Shown piece after piece: positions 10,275 to 21,137 of a stretch of DNA of 64,000 nt (position 1 is its first letter; every line of letters starts with the position of its first letter). Location: the NCBI GenBank assembly GCA_046048175.1, contig JBJOGP010000005.1, forward strand, positions 305 through 64,304, read 5' to 3'. The position numbers and the translations under genes are program-made. The notes beneath the pieces are model-generated. The model did not search any database and was not told the origin of the DNA. It saw nothing but the letters and a program-made list of their open reading frames with translations. This DNA is from Bacteroidota bacterium. GTDB taxonomy: Bacteria > Bacteroidota > Bacteroidia > Chitinophagales > Chitinophagaceae.

Positions 10275-11441
10275 TTACTCGTCCTCACCTATAAATTCAT
10301 TGTTATAAGGACCAAAAAGACCGTATAAGCGGGTAGCAGTCGAGTAGATCTGACGATTAAACTTATTTCCTAGAATGATAATTGTCACTTTTTCATCCGT
10401 TAATCGTGCAAAAGCTGCGTTATTACCATGCCACCTTCCAAAATGGTAAACTACTTTTTTACCATTGCGAAGGAGTTTTAACCGAAACCCCAATCCGTAA
10501 TTATTTTGACCAGGCCTTTCAAAACTATAGGGTGTAAAGGCAGCTTTTAACATTGAATCTCCAACTAGTTGTTGCGTATACAAAGCCTGATCCCACTTTA
10601 AAAGGTCACGAGGCGTACTGTAAATATTTTTATCTCCGTAGGTTAAATCCAAATGATCAAATGCCCATGATCGACCTGTATAGTCGTATGAAAATGTTGC
10701 GCGGTTTGAATCAGCAGGTTGAAAAACGAAACTATTTTTCATTCCCAAGAAATTGAAAATAGCTTTTTGCAAGTATACTGGGTATGAAAGACCAGTAACT
10801 TTCTCTAATATGCTTGCTAATAATAAATAATTAGTATTGCAGTATTCAAAATGTGAATTAGGTGCAGCGTGACGAGGCGGTTTATTTTTGATAATATAGT
10901 TGATGACTTCCGTATTTGTTACTGCACCCTTTATATGGTTTGTAGCAGCAGGTTTCATAAAGTAGACATAATTAGGTAGTCCGCTTCGATGATTCAGAAG
11001 ATCTTTTATAGTAATACCCGGGTAGGGCCACCCTTTAAAAAAAGACTCGACCTTATCTGCGATAGATAGTTTATTTTCCTGAATCAGTTGAAGGATCGCT
11101 ATGGCTGTAAATGTTTTACTCGTTGACGCAATATGCAATGAAGCGCTTTCATCAAGTGGATCCTTTTTTTGCGGCAGATCTTTAAAACCTTGGTAGTTCT
11201 CATATAAAACATGCCCGCCTTTTGCAACTAAAATACCACCATTGAAAGCACCAGGATAACGAAGTAGTGACTCTCGGAAGTAAGCTTGAATTTGTTTGGA
11301 AAGTCTATTTTTTTTCCACTGTTCTAATTTAGACAAGGGTGGGGGAATGTAGGGTAGCCCAGAAGAAACGGATGATTCTTTCAGACTGCATGCAATCAAA
11401 AACGTCGTCAGTGCGAAGAAACAAACAAGCGTTAGGCGCAT
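10275..11441 (-). CDS. Serine hydrolase, beta-lactamase class C/PBP-like family, probable lipoprotein
   Basis: SxxK (ASTSKTF), LLNHRSGL, YxN (YCN), HFG motif; lipobox-like LIAC. Confidence 0.85.
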   Translation of the reverse strand: MRLTLVCFFALTTFLIACSLKESSVSSGLPYIPPPLSKLEQWKKNRLSKQIQAYFRESLLRYPGAFNGGILVAKGGHVLYENYQGFKDLPQKKDPLDESASLHIASTSKTFTAIAILQLIQENKLSIADKVESFFKGWPYPGITIKDLLNHRSGLPNYVYFMKPAATNHIKGAVTNTEVINYIIKNKPPRHAAPNSHFEYCNTNYLLLASILEKVTGLSYPVYLQKAIFNFLGMKNSFVFQPADSNRATFSYDYTGRSWAFDHLDLTYGDKNIYSTPRDLLKWDQALYTQQLVGDSMLKAAFTPYSFERPGQNNYGLGFRLKLLRNGKKVVYHFGRWHGNNAAFARLTDEKVTIIILGNKFNRQIYSTATRLYGLFGPYNNEFIGEDE

Positions 11442-11466
11442 TCAAATAGAAATTTTTGAAATCGCT

Positions 11467-11503
11467 CAAAGGTAGGGACTCCGACAATTTGGTAATATAT
11501 TTG
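11467..11503. promoter_or_regulatory. Divergent -7 boxes: TACCTTTG (minus, 11467-11474, serine hydrolase) and TATATTTG (plus, 11496-11503, serA)
   Basis: Two exact TAnnTTTG matches in a 68-nt intergenic gap. Confidence 0.7.
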
Positions 11504-11509
11504 TTGTAT

Positions 11510-12748
11510 ATGTCATTGAAGAATTTAACCAGCTATCCAAAAGAAAAGATTAAAATCTTATTTCTTGAAAATATCAGTGAAGCGGCAGTTAAAAATTTCC
11601 GTTCCAATGGCTATGTTCAAATCGAAAAAATCAGTCGTGCATTAACGGAGCAACAATTAATAGACGCGATAAAAGACGTACATATATTAGGTATTCGTTC
11701 TAAAACTACAATCAGCGAAAAAGTATTAGCTGCAGCTAAAAAATTACAGGCCATTGGTTGTTTTTGTATTGGTGTAAATCAAGTAGATCTTCAGGCCGCC
11801 ACCAAGCGAGGAATCGCTGTTTTCAATGCTCCTTATTCAAATACTCGATCTGTTGCTGAACTAGTTATTGGCGCTTCTATACTATTAATAAGAAGGATCC
11901 CTGAAAAAAATAAAGCTGCACACGCGGGAATATGGATGAAAGAAGCTAAAAATAGCTATGAATTACGAGGTAAGACTATTGGCATTGTAGGTTATGGAAA
12001 TATAGGCAGCCAGGTGAGTGTATTGGCTGAATCTATGGGTATGCGGGTACTTTTTTTTGATATCGAGAAGAAGTTACCCCTCGGAAATGCGCAGGAGTGT
12101 CGGACATTAAAAGAGCTTGTGGGCCAGTCCGATATTGTAACCTTACATATCCCCGAAACAAAACAATCTAAGAATTTAATTAATAAAGGCCTTTTTCGCT
12201 CCTTTAAAAAAGGAGCCATATTGATAAATTATGCACGTGGAGAAGTTGTTGACCTTGATGCATTATCTAAAGCGATAGCTGAAGAACTAATTGGAGGCGC
12301 TGCAATTGATGTCTTTCCAAATGAGCCTGAAAAAAATGGAGATCAATTCCTGTCACCCCTTCAAAATTTGCCTAATGTTATCCTAACTCCACATATTGGA
12401 GGCAGTACGGAGGAAGCCCAGCAGAACATTGGAGAAGATGTTAGTCATAAACTCTTCAATTATTTGGAACGCGGTATCAGTTTTGGTTCGCATACTGTCC
12501 CGGCTTTGGCACTGCCACCTCAGGAAGGCGCCCACCGGATTTTACATATCCATCGAAATGTTCCGGGTGTTTTATCAGCAATCAATACTTCCCTTTCAAG
12601 TAATAATGTAAATATCGTTGGTCAATATTTGAAAACCAATGATTTAATTGGATATGTTGTGCTAGATATTGATCATAAACTATCCTCAAAAGCACAATCC
12701 TTGCTCAAGGAGGTTCCGGCAACGATTAAGACCCGGCTGCTTTATTAG
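11510..12748 (+). CDS. serA: D-3-phosphoglycerate dehydrogenase with C-terminal ACT domain
   Basis: GIRSKT, GCFCIG, FNAPYSNTRSVAEL, GIVGYGNIG, TPHIGGST; start moved to ATG 11510, downstream of the promoter box. Confidence 0.95.
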   Translation: MSLKNLTSYPKEKIKILFLENISEAAVKNFRSNGYVQIEKISRALTEQQLIDAIKDVHILGIRSKTTISEKVLAAAKKLQAIGCFCIGVNQVDLQAATKRGIAVFNAPYSNTRSVAELVIGASILLIRRIPEKNKAAHAGIWMKEAKNSYELRGKTIGIVGYGNIGSQVSVLAESMGMRVLFFDIEKKLPLGNAQECRTLKELVGQSDIVTLHIPETKQSKNLINKGLFRSFKKGAILINYARGEVVDLDALSKAIAEELIGGAAIDVFPNEPEKNGDQFLSPLQNLPNVILTPHIGGSTEEAQQNIGEDVSHKLFNYLERGISFGSHTVPALALPPQEGAHRILHIHRNVPGVLSAINTSLSSNNVNIVGQYLKTNDLIGYVVLDIDHKLSSKAQSLLKEVPATIKTRLLY

Positions 12749-12792
12749 TCTATTTATTCCTATAATTTATATTATGTTAAATAGGTATTCGT

Positions 12793-12819
12793 AAAAGAAA
12801 CCACCCTAAGGTGGCTTCT
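12793..12819 (-). terminator. Intrinsic terminator after the gyrA-TPR unit (possibly bidirectional)
   Basis: Minus strand AGAAGCCACC-TTAG-GGTGGTTTCT then T-run; lies between convergent genes. Confidence 0.7.
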
Positions 12820-12825
12820 GTTTAA

Positions 12826-14181
12826 TTAGTTCTTAATGGTCTCGTAACGGTCATTCCACTTCTTTTCTTCAGCCTCCCATTTTGCTTTGTCGGTTAGATT
12901 TTTCGCCTTGCCTGCCATCGCCTTTTTGAAACCGTAAATGTCAGAAAGGTATCCGCAAACCTTCTTGTACTGTTGTTTATCTCTGGGTTCTAGCTCACTC
13001 TTTTCACCTCTTTCGGAAAAAATACCTGCAGCTGCTAAATATGGCTCTCTTGCACCGTCCATAGTATCACCATACTCTTTATCCAATGCATCTCTTTTTG
13101 CCACATCTTCTTTTGAAGCCATGGTGCCAGGCTTCGTTCTTGCTTTTATGTCCTGGGCGTGCTTGTCCCTCTTTGCGTTGACACGTGCAGCCTTATTGAT
13201 GAAATGATCGCCAATGTATAGGTATGGAATTTCATTACCTGCCTTTGCTTTGGCCGATCTGGTGAATGCATCTACCATTTTCTTTTCTAGCTCATTGAAA
13301 TTTTCTGGTAAAATCGCTCCTTCTTCGTCACGCGGGTTCAGCGTATCAAAAATGATTTCACCGAGTACTTGGTTAGCTTTAAAATTTGTAGGGTCGGTCG
13401 CTAATACTTCGTCAATTGCCTTTAGTTTTTCCTGGAATGTGTTAACAAGGCCTACGGCAAAGTCTACCTTGTCAAAATCAAAGTAATCACTCTTTGGATA
13501 AACCTCTTTGCCTAGCTTCTTATATTTTTCAAAGCTCTCCATATCCTTTCTACCAAAGTGATAGGTCACCAAATAACGATAAACACCCTCATATCCGTCT
13601 CCTCCTACTTTGGCGTCTGCTAGTTTTGTGTAGTACACTGCAGCTTCATCTTTAAATCCCCCTGTTTCGGCAGTAATGGCTGCAAGAATTAAAACATTTG
13701 TATCCAGCGTTGAGGTTAAAACCTTTTGTTTGATTAAAAGATCAGAATAGAAAATTGCTTTTTTCAATTTGCCAAGACCTTTCTCGTATTCTTTATTATT
13801 ATAATCGTTAAAACCAAATGTGTAATAATTGGAATACAAAGTGATGATACCATTTTGGTAAATCGGCTCCCCAATCAAAGACAAATTGGGATCCATTTCT
13901 TTATATTTTGAAAAAGCAGCATCTGCCTCTTCGATTAGTTGTAAGCCGAGCGGCGTATCTTTTTTTCCTTCCAAACCTGAAACACCAGCATACACAGTAG
14001 TTTTCAAGATAAATGCTTCTGGCTTTACTGTATATTTCGCGTTTGTAAAGGATTTATCTAAATCAGTTTTTGCTTTTTCCAACTGATTCAGCATGACTAA
14101 TGTTTTAACAGGGTCGTAGTTCTGGCTCCACAAAGTTGTAAAAACAAATAAGCCAAAAAATGCAAGCAAGCTATTTTTCAT
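12826..14181 (-). CDS. Exported helical/TPR-like hypothetical protein downstream of gyrA
   Basis: Signal peptide; Ala/Tyr/Lys-rich helical repeats; 451 aa ORF. Confidence 0.7.
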   Translation of the reverse strand: MKNSLLAFFGLFVFTTLWSQNYDPVKTLVMLNQLEKAKTDLDKSFTNAKYTVKPEAFILKTTVYAGVSGLEGKKDTPLGLQLIEEADAAFSKYKEMDPNLSLIGEPIYQNGIITLYSNYYTFGFNDYNNKEYEKGLGKLKKAIFYSDLLIKQKVLTSTLDTNVLILAAITAETGGFKDEAAVYYTKLADAKVGGDGYEGVYRYLVTYHFGRKDMESFEKYKKLGKEVYPKSDYFDFDKVDFAVGLVNTFQEKLKAIDEVLATDPTNFKANQVLGEIIFDTLNPRDEEGAILPENFNELEKKMVDAFTRSAKAKAGNEIPYLYIGDHFINKAARVNAKRDKHAQDIKARTKPGTMASKEDVAKRDALDKEYGDTMDGAREPYLAAAGIFSERGEKSELEPRDKQQYKKVCGYLSDIYGFKKAMAGKAKNLTDKAKWEAEEKKWNDRYETIKN

Positions 14182-14225
14182 ACAAGTAGGTTGAATTCTA
14201 AAGTTACAATTAAATGTTTTTGTTA

Positions 14226-16760
14226 TTATGACTGGGTTTCTTCTGGCTGTGATTCAGCATCAGCGGCAGGCTCTTCTTCTCTATCATTTAGATTTGTGAT
14301 AGCAGCAATATCATCCCCATCGTCTAGTCTTATTAATTTAACACCCTGCGTAGCACGACCCTGTTCACTAATACCGCTTACAGGCATTCGTATCGTTACG
14401 CCGCTTTTACAAGTAATCATCAAATCTTCTTCAGGCGATACGTCCAAAATACCCACCAAACTTCCTGTCTTATCTGTAACGTTAATCGTTTTCACTCCTT
14501 TACCGCCTCGGTTGGTAAATCGGTATTCATCAATTGGTGTTCGTTTGCCATACCCTTTTTGACTAACAACCAAAACAGTTCTTGTATTTTGTTCAGTTGG
14601 GTTGACACAGATCATACCCACTACTTCATCGCTAGAGTCATCAACTTCAATACCGGCCACCCCAATTGCTCCACGACCAGTGGGTCTCACTTTTTCTTCT
14701 GCAAATCGAATAGCTCTTCCACTTTTAACCGCCATCATAATTTCTGAGTTGCCATCGGTGAGACGGGCTTGTAATAGTTCATCTCCTTCAACAATCGTGA
14801 TTGCATTAACACCCGTTTGACGAGGACGACTAAAATCTTCAAGCGCTGTCTTTTTGATTACTCCTTTCTTTGTACAAAGAACGATATAGTGCGACTGTAC
14901 AAAAGCTTCGTCTTTTAAATCTTTAACATCCAAAATGGCTCTTACCTTATCATCGGGCGGCAATTGCATTAAATTTTGAATTGCTCTACCCTTTCCAGTT
15001 TTTTCACCCTCAGGTATTTCATATACATTCAACCAATATACTCTTCCTTTTTCAGTAAAGAAAAGCATCGTGTGGTGAGTAGAGGCCACAAATAAATGCT
15101 CAATGTAATCTTCATCTCGCGTGCGTCCGCCAATGACCCCCCTGCCGCCTCTGCGTTGGGAGCGATACTCTTCTGCAGGAGTGCGCTTGATATAACCAAG
15201 ATGAGAGATCGTTATGACAACATCCTCTTCTTTAATCAGATCCTTAATCTTTACTTCGTCGTCCAGGTAGGTTATTTCTGTCTTTCTTTCATCGGCATAC
15301 TTTTCTTTAATCTCCAATAACTCTTTTTTGATTACCTCAAAACGTTTAGCCTGGTCATTTAGTAACTCCTCAAGCGATTGAATCAATTTCATCAGCTCAT
15401 CATATTCCTCGCGAATTTTATCGCGCTCCATGCCGGTCAAACGCTGTAATCGCAATTCCAATATGGCTTTTGCCTGAATCTCATCTAAGCCCCATCCCGC
15501 TGAAATCAGTTTATCTTTTGCGATTTCTGGAGTAGCAGCACTACGAATCAACGCAATCACTTCATCCAAATGATCCAGCGCTATCAAATATCCTTTTAAG
15601 AGATGTTCTCTTTTTTGAGCTTCTCCTAATTCAAATTTTGTTCTGCGAACAACAACCTCATGTCTAAAATCAACAAACTCCTGAATTAGATCTTTGAGAT
15701 TTAATGTTCTTGGTCTGCCTCTGACAATCGCAACATTATTGATGCCATAAGATGTTTGAAGATCCGTGTGCTTGTAGAGCTGATTGATAATTACATTAGC
15801 GATCGCATCTTTTTTCAGCTCAATAACAATACGCGTTCCTTCTTTTTGGTTTGATTCATTATTGACGTGTGTGATACCTTCTATCACTTTGTCATTAACG
15901 AGCTCACCAATTCTATTGGTGAGCGCATCTCGATTCACTTGATACGGAACTTCTGTTATGATTATCTGCTCTCTTCCTCCAGCCTTTGTTTCTACACTAG
16001 ATTTTCCACGTACTACTACTCTGCCTCTTCCAAAATGCATAGCAGCTTTAACACCTTCCATTCCATAGATTACCCCACCCGTTGGGAAATCGGGTGCTTT
16101 CACAAACTGCATCAACTCATCTATCGTGATTTCTCTATTATCAACAAGAGCTATACAGCCATCAATAACCTCACCTAAATTGTGTGGCATCATATTGGTG
16201 GCCATTCCAACTGCAATTCCGCTTGAGCCATTCACAAGCAGTTGAGGAATTCGAGTTGGAAGAACCGTTGGTTCCTCTTCTGAGTCGTCAAAGTTCAATT
16301 GGAAGTCTACTGTTTCTTTTTCAATATCATCCAACATGTGCTCAGATAACTTTTCCAATCGAGCCTCCGTGTAACGCATGGCCGCTGGTCCATCGCCATC
16401 CTGATTACCAAAATTTCCTTGACCATCAACAAGCGTGTAGCGCATACTCCATTCCTGTGCCATACGAACCATGGCATCATAAACGGATGAATCACCGTGC
16501 GGGTGATATTTACCAAGAACCTCTCCGACAATACGTGCAGACTTTTTATAGGCTTTGTTATGATTCAGGCCTAATTCATTCATGGCATACAGAACCCGTC
16601 TGTGAACTGGTTTTAAACCATCTCTGACATCAGGCAAAGCCCTACCCACAATTACAGACATGGAATAGTCAATGTAAGCAGTTTTCATCTGCTCTTCGAT
16701 GTGAACAGGAATGATCCGATTATGATCATTTGTTTCAAGTGGATTCTGTAAATCTTCCAT
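14226..16760 (-). CDS. gyrA: DNA gyrase subunit A
   Basis: [31 protein letters not shown] catalytic Tyr, GyrA-box QRRGGRG, beta-pinwheel CTD, acidic tail. Confidence 0.98.
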   Translation of the reverse strand: MEDLQNPLETNDHNRIIPVHIEEQMKTAYIDYSMSVIVGRALPDVRDGLKPVHRRVLYAMNELGLNHNKAYKKSARIVGEVLGKYHPHGDSSVYDAMVRMAQEWSMRYTLVDGQGNFGNQDGDGPAAMRYTEARLEKLSEHMLDDIEKETVDFQLNFDDSEEEPTVLPTRIPQLLVNGSSGIAVGMATNMMPHNLGEVIDGCIALVDNREITIDELMQFVKAPDFPTGGVIYGMEGVKAAMHFGRGRVVVRGKSSVETKAGGREQIIITEVPYQVNRDALTNRIGELVNDKVIEGITHVNNESNQKEGTRIVIELKKDAIANVIINQLYKHTDLQTSYGINNVAIVRGRPRTLNLKDLIQEFVDFRHEVVVRRTKFELGEAQKREHLLKGYLIALDHLDEVIALIRSAATPEIAKDKLISAGWGLDEIQAKAILELRLQRLTGMERDKIREEYDELMKLIQSLEELLNDQAKRFEVIKKELLEIKEKYADERKTEITYLDDEVKIKDLIKEEDVVITISHLGYIKRTPAEEYRSQRRGGRGVIGGRTRDEDYIEHLFVASTHHTMLFFTEKGRVYWLNVYEIPEGEKTGKGRAIQNLMQLPPDDKVRAILDVKDLKDEAFVQSHYIVLCTKKGVIKKTALEDFSRPRQTGVNAITIVEGDELLQARLTDGNSEIMMAVKSGRAIRFAEEKVRPTGRGAIGVAGIEVDDSSDEVVGMICVNPTEQNTRTVLVVSQKGYGKRTPIDEYRFTNRGGKGVKTINVTDKTGSLVGILDVSPEEDLMITCKSGVTIRMPVSGISEQGRATQGVKLIRLDDGDDIAAITNLNDREEEPAADAESQPEETQS

Positions 16761-16810
16761 GTTTTTCTGAGGGTTTGAAAAGACCTTTTTTCTCTATGAA
16801 TAAAGGTCTG

Positions 16811-16818
16811 CAAATCTA
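16811..16818 (-). promoter_or_regulatory. -7 box (TAGATTTG) for gyrA
   Basis: Exact TAnnTTTG 50 nt upstream of the ATG. Confidence 0.7.
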
Positions 16819-16910
16819 CCTTTTTAAACCCTTATTTCCCAGTAAAAATGACCCCATTTGAGAGCTATTTTATCCACTAGTGTTAATTAAAAAAAGGGGA
16901 TATTTGGCCT

Positions 16911-18239
16911 ATGAAAACGATCCTGATTTTGGGGGCTGGGAAAAGTGCAACGGTGCTGATTGAATTTCTTCTTTCTCAGGCACCTCAATTTTCATGGAAA
17001 GTACAGGTGGCGGATGCAAATTTGTCTGCTGCAAAGCTGAAAGTTGGTGGTTCTACTTGGGGGGAAGGCGTCAAATTAGATGTGACTGAAGATGCTCCCC
17101 GTCGAGCATTAATTGGTCAGGCAGACTTGGTGATTTCACTACTGCCTCCTCACTTGCACATCCTGGTTGCAAATGATTGTCTTTTACTAGGCCACAGCTT
17201 ATTTACGGCTTCTTACGTTGATGAAGATGTAAAGCAATTAGCTTCTGAAATTGAGAAAAAGGGCCTGCTCTTTTTGTATGAAATGGGCTTAGATCCCGGA
17301 ATCGACCATATGAGTGCAATGGCATTAGTGGATGAGATAAAAGCAAAGGGCGGTAACATTTTATCTTTCATTTCACACTGTGGAGGTTTGGTTGCAACTG
17401 ATTCCGATAACAACCCTTGGCATTATAAAATAAGCTGGAATCCAGCTAATGTGGTTCAAGCCGGAAAAAATGGGGCTTTGTATAGATGGAATAACAAAAC
17501 AGTCCAATTAAGCACAGAGGAGTTATTTGCGGAAATTAGACCAGTAACGATTCAACATGCAGAATCGTTGGCGTGGTACCCTAATCGGGATTCACTTTCC
17601 TACTTGGAATTATATGGACTTGACAACACTACAACTTTCATCAGAACCACATTGCGGCACCCCAATTTTATAAAAGGTTGGCATCGTCTTATTCAATTAG
17701 GATTTACTCAGAATAACCCCATTCTTGTTAATAGAAACACAACCTATGCAGAACTGGTGCAACAATTTTTGGAAGCGAATAAATTGCTGAGTGACTTTAA
17801 TCAGATGATTGAAAATGATAGCCAGCTCGCTCAGTTATTTCAATCATTGGGTTTTATGGATTCGGGCTCGATTGCACAAAAGAATGAATATTCACCAGCC
17901 ACTTTTTTGCAAGAATGTCTGGAGAAAAATCTAAAAATGGAAACATTGGACAAAGACCGTGTTGTGATGCAACATGAAATAATCTATGAATTAGGTGGAG
18001 AAATTAAACAACTTGTAGTTACGTTGGATATCGAGGGAGATGATGCAATGCATACCGCGATGGCTAAAACAGTGGGGCTTCCACTTGCTTTAGCAGCTGT
18101 TTCGTTTTTGAAAGGAGAATTGCAAATGAAAGGATTAAAAGTGCCGATGCACTCCATTATTTACAAAGCCGTTTTACCGAAGCTAAAAGCGCTCGGTATC
18201 CATTTTCACGAATCAGAAATTGAACTGAAAAATTACTGA
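16911..18239 (+). CDS. Saccharopine dehydrogenase (reductase)-family protein
   Basis: Rossmann LGAGKS, SLLP, TASY, EMGLDPGIDHM, SHCGGL, YKISWNP, PNRDS, AMAKTVGLP. Confidence 0.92.
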   Translation: MKTILILGAGKSATVLIEFLLSQAPQFSWKVQVADANLSAAKLKVGGSTWGEGVKLDVTEDAPRRALIGQADLVISLLPPHLHILVANDCLLLGHSLFTASYVDEDVKQLASEIEKKGLLFLYEMGLDPGIDHMSAMALVDEIKAKGGNILSFISHCGGLVATDSDNNPWHYKISWNPANVVQAGKNGALYRWNNKTVQLSTEELFAEIRPVTIQHAESLAWYPNRDSLSYLELYGLDNTTTFIRTTLRHPNFIKGWHRLIQLGFTQNNPILVNRNTTYAELVQQFLEANKLLSDFNQMIENDSQLAQLFQSLGFMDSGSIAQKNEYSPATFLQECLEKNLKMETLDKDRVVMQHEIIYELGGEIKQLVVTLDIEGDDAMHTAMAKTVGLPLALAAVSFLKGELQMKGLKVPMHSIIYKAVLPKLKALGIHFHESEIELKNY

Positions 18240-18640
18240 TCGGCTAGTTGAAGAATTATCTCCCACTCTTCCGCTGTAACTGGCTGAACAGATAAACGAC
18301 TTTGTTTCAAAAGAGCCATATTTTGTAATTTCTTCTCTGCTTTTATCTCGGACAGCGGAATTGTTCTCTTTAATTTCTTAACAGGACTAACATCAACAAC
18401 AACCCAGGCTGTTTCTGTAGTTGTTGGATCTTGATAATGCTCTTTGCAAATCTTTACGATTCCTACAATTTCAACGCCCTCATTGCTATGGTAAAAAAAA
18501 GCCAAGTCGCCCTTCTTCATCGCTCGTAAATTATTACGAGCTGCATAGTTTCTAACGCCATCCCAATGGGTGCGCTTGTCTTTTACTAACTGATCCCAAG
18601 AATATTTGAAGGGTTCTGATTTTAAAAGCCAATATGCCAT
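18233..18640 (-). CDS. EVE domain-containing protein
   Basis: YWLLKSEP, WDGVRNYAARN, GDLAFFYHS, SRLSVQPV; start at ATG 18640. Confidence 0.93.
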   Translation of the reverse strand: MAYWLLKSEPFKYSWDQLVKDKRTHWDGVRNYAARNNLRAMKKGDLAFFYHSNEGVEIVGIVKICKEHYQDPTTTETAWVVVDVSPVKKLKRTIPLSEIKAEKKLQNMALLKQSRLSVQPVTAEEWEIILQLADQ

Positions 18641-18651
18641 AACTATCAGTT

Positions 18652-19371
18652 TTACCAACCAGAAGCTAACACGTCTGCGAGGTGCAACGGTTTAATAGAA
18701 TACCCTTTTTGCTGAATATACCCATTGAGATGCATCAGGCAAGAAAGGTCTGTTGAAATTAAATAGTTCGCTTTTGTGGCCAGGGCATTTTCTACTTTTT
18801 GCTCCGCCATGGCCATTGAAATATTTTCATATTTGACAGCAAAGGTTCCACCAAATCCACAACAAGTTTCCGTTTCATTCATCTCCACTAACTCAAGTCC
18901 TCCTACATTTTTTAACAGCTTACGAGGCTCCTCTTTTATCCCACATTCGCGCAAGCCAGCGCAGGAATCATGATAGGTTGCCAGCCCAGTTAGTTGAGCA
19001 CCAAACTGAGTCACACCAAGTTGATGACAGAGAAAAGAAGAAAATTCAAAAATCCGTTGCTTCATTTCCTGTACTTCATGGTGCAGCGACGAATTATCAA
19101 ACAATCTGGAGTAATAATTTTTAACGAATCCAACGCAGGAAGCGCTGGGTGCAACTATTGGATCGGTCCCGTTAAAATCGCTGATAAACTTTTGACAAAC
19201 TGCTTTTGACTCTTCCCAGTAACCTGCGTTGAATGCAGCTTGACCGCAACACGTTTGTCTGGAATTGTAAGTAACGGTACAGCCCGCTTTCTCTAACACT
19301 TTAATCATGTTAAAAGCGGTATCAGGATACAGCTGATCAACAAAACAGGGTATGAAAAGCTGGACGTTCAA
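18652..19371 (-). CDS. lutA: Fe-S binding oxidoreductase subunit (LutA/YkgE family, two CCG domains)
   Basis: FIPCFVD, QTCCGQ, SASC, YHDSC, CCGFGGTF, DLSCLMH; TTG start. Confidence 0.88.
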   Translation of the reverse strand: MNVQLFIPCFVDQLYPDTAFNMIKVLEKAGCTVTYNSRQTCCGQAAFNAGYWEESKAVCQKFISDFNGTDPIVAPSASCVGFVKNYYSRLFDNSSLHHEVQEMKQRIFEFSSFLCHQLGVTQFGAQLTGLATYHDSCAGLRECGIKEEPRKLLKNVGGLELVEMNETETCCGFGGTFAVKYENISMAMAEQKVENALATKANYLISTDLSCLMHLNGYIQQKGYSIKPLHLADVLASGW

Positions 19372-19382
19372 TAAACTTTATA

Positions 19383-20048
19383 TTAATCGTTAGAAGAATA
19401 TACTCCTAGTCTGGCTAAGTTCTTTTCTGCATCAAAAGATTGCTGACTACGTGGGTACTTTTTTCTAATCTGCTCATAAAGCGAAGTCGCTTCTGATGTG
19501 TTTTTTATCACCTGATCAGCAAAATAAGCAGCCATAAACAAGTACTCGGGAGAATTAACTTCATCTTGCTCAAAATGAGAAGCGGCCTTTTTGTAAAACT
19601 CTAATGCTTTATCATTTTTCCCACTATCAGCATAGGCATCCCCAAGTAACTTGTAGGCTCTTGCCTGTGTTATTTTTGAAGAGGTACTAAATTTTTCAAG
19701 GTAAGAAATTGCTTTGGCGTTGTCTCCTAACTTCAGATAACAACTGCCCGCATAAAAACAAGCTAAGTTTGAAGTTTGTGTGCCGCTATACTTTTCAATG
19801 ACTTTAATAAAGCCTAAATTTTGACCGTCACCATTTAAGGCAAGGGCAATAGAATCTTTTCGGTAGTACTCTTCCGCACGAAATATTGCTTCTAAAGCTT
19901 TCTTTTCTCTGGGAAGCTGATAAAATTGTTGATAAGAATACCAAGCGGCTACCAAAGCAATTATCACTAATGCAAACAAGCTGATTTGTTTGCTGTATTT
20001 GTTCCAGATGTTAATTACCGGGGATAAAGGTTGTTGCGATTCTGTCAT
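19383..20048 (-). CDS. Membrane-anchored TPR protein (YfgM-like)
   Basis: One N-terminal TM helix, then ALNGDG..GF...Y..T...NLA.FYAG..YL TPR pattern. Confidence 0.8.
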   Translation of the reverse strand: MTESQQPLSPVINIWNKYSKQISLFALVIIALVAAWYSYQQFYQLPREKKALEAIFRAEEYYRKDSIALALNGDGQNLGFIKVIEKYSGTQTSNLACFYAGSCYLKLGDNAKAISYLEKFSTSSKITQARAYKLLGDAYADSGKNDKALEFYKKAASHFEQDEVNSPEYLFMAAYFADQVIKNTSEATSLYEQIRKKYPRSQQSFDAEKNLARLGVYSSND

Positions 20049-20077
20049 ATTAAAAAGATTAGAAGTATTATAATGAA

Positions 20078-21073
20078 TTAGTCTGTGATGAAGGGGTACG
20101 CAGGATCAATGTAAATGTCTTTTAAAACTTCACTATCATCTGGCCAAGGACTCTCTTCAGCAAATTGAACAGAAGCAGCAACCATTTGATCTACACGTTG
20201 GTTGATCTGCTCAATTGTTTCTTGTGAAGCCATTCCTTCTTGCAAAATAGTCCCTAATACCAGCTGAATAGGATCTTTAGATTTATAATCGTCTACCTCT
20301 TCTTTGCTACGGTATTTCTGAGGATCACTAATGGAGTGCCCTTTATAACGATATGTTTTTATTTCTAGTAAAGTTGGACCTCCTTTCTCACGTGCACGAT
20401 TTACAGCACGACTCACTCCGTTGTGTACAGCCTCCGCACTCATCCCGTCTATAATGTCTGCTGGCATTTCGTACGCGTCAGCTAATTTGTAAATATCAAT
20501 AACATTGGAAGTCCGCTGAATGGAGGTTCCCATTGCGTAGTTATTGTTCTCGCAAATAAATACAACAGGTAGCTTCCAAAGCATAGCCAAATTAAAAGTT
20601 TCGTGTAGCATACCTTGACGTGCAGCACCATCACCAAAAAAAGCGAGTACGACGTTGTCTGTATTGCGATATTGTTCAGCAAAAGCTAGACCGGCTCCAG
20701 TTCCAATTTGTGCTCCAACAATTCCATGTCCGCCGTAGAAATTATTTTCCTTGCTAAAGAAGTGCATACTTCCACCCTTTCCCTTCGCACACCCTGTTGC
20801 CTTACCGTATAATTCTGCCATACAGCTATTAACTGTAACTCCTTTTGCAATAGCCAATCCATGATCACGATAAGCTGTAATGAAAAGGTCAGATGGTTTG
20901 GTGGCCGTCATACAACCTGCAGCAATTGCTTCTTGCCCCACATAAGCATGAAAGAATCCTCTTATTTTCCCCTCCATTTTATACTTCTCTTCCGCCATCA
21001 GTTCAAATTGCCTGATTAACTGCATCAGCTCATACCAATAGAGGTAGGTTTCCTTGGAGAATTTGCTGTTCAC
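20078..21073 (-). CDS. pdhA: Pyruvate dehydrogenase E1 alpha subunit
   Basis: GFFHAYVGQEA, YRDHG, GKGGSMH, GDGAARQG..ENN TPP motif, RYKGHS; start taken as GTG 21073, downstream of the -7 box at 21093-21100. Confidence 0.95.
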   Translation of the reverse strand: MNSKFSKETYLYWYELMQLIRQFELMAEEKYKMEGKIRGFFHAYVGQEAIAAGCMTATKPSDLFITAYRDHGLAIAKGVTVNSCMAELYGKATGCAKGKGGSMHFFSKENNFYGGHGIVGAQIGTGAGLAFAEQYRNTDNVVLAFFGDGAARQGMLHETFNLAMLWKLPVVFICENNNYAMGTSIQRTSNVIDIYKLADAYEMPADIIDGMSAEAVHNGVSRAVNRAREKGGPTLLEIKTYRYKGHSISDPQKYRSKEEVDDYKSKDPIQLVLGTILQEGMASQETIEQINQRVDQMVAASVQFAEESPWPDDSEVLKDIYIDPAYPFITD

Positions 21074-21092
21074 GAGGTTCAATTTTGAGTCG

Positions 21093-21129
21093 CAAAAATA
21101 AGGGAAAGACCCCATATTAGGTAAATTGC
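21093..21129. promoter_or_regulatory. Divergent promoter boxes for pdhA (TATTTTTG, minus) and recF (TAAATTGC variant, plus)
   Basis: 21093-21100 exact match; 21122-21129 degenerate, 8 nt before the recF ATG. Confidence 0.55.
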
Positions 21130-21137
21130 AGTCTGTC

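Noticed and set aside
10275-11441. Beta-lactam resistance gene regulated by the nearby BlaI
   Set aside because: Generic serine hydrolase fold common in Bacteroidota, 4 kb from blaI with unrelated genes between; no evidence of beta-lactamase activity.
18233-18640. EVE protein as part of a modification-dependent restriction or toxin system
   Set aside because: Stand-alone EVE with no nuclease, ATPase or toxin partner; housekeeping context.
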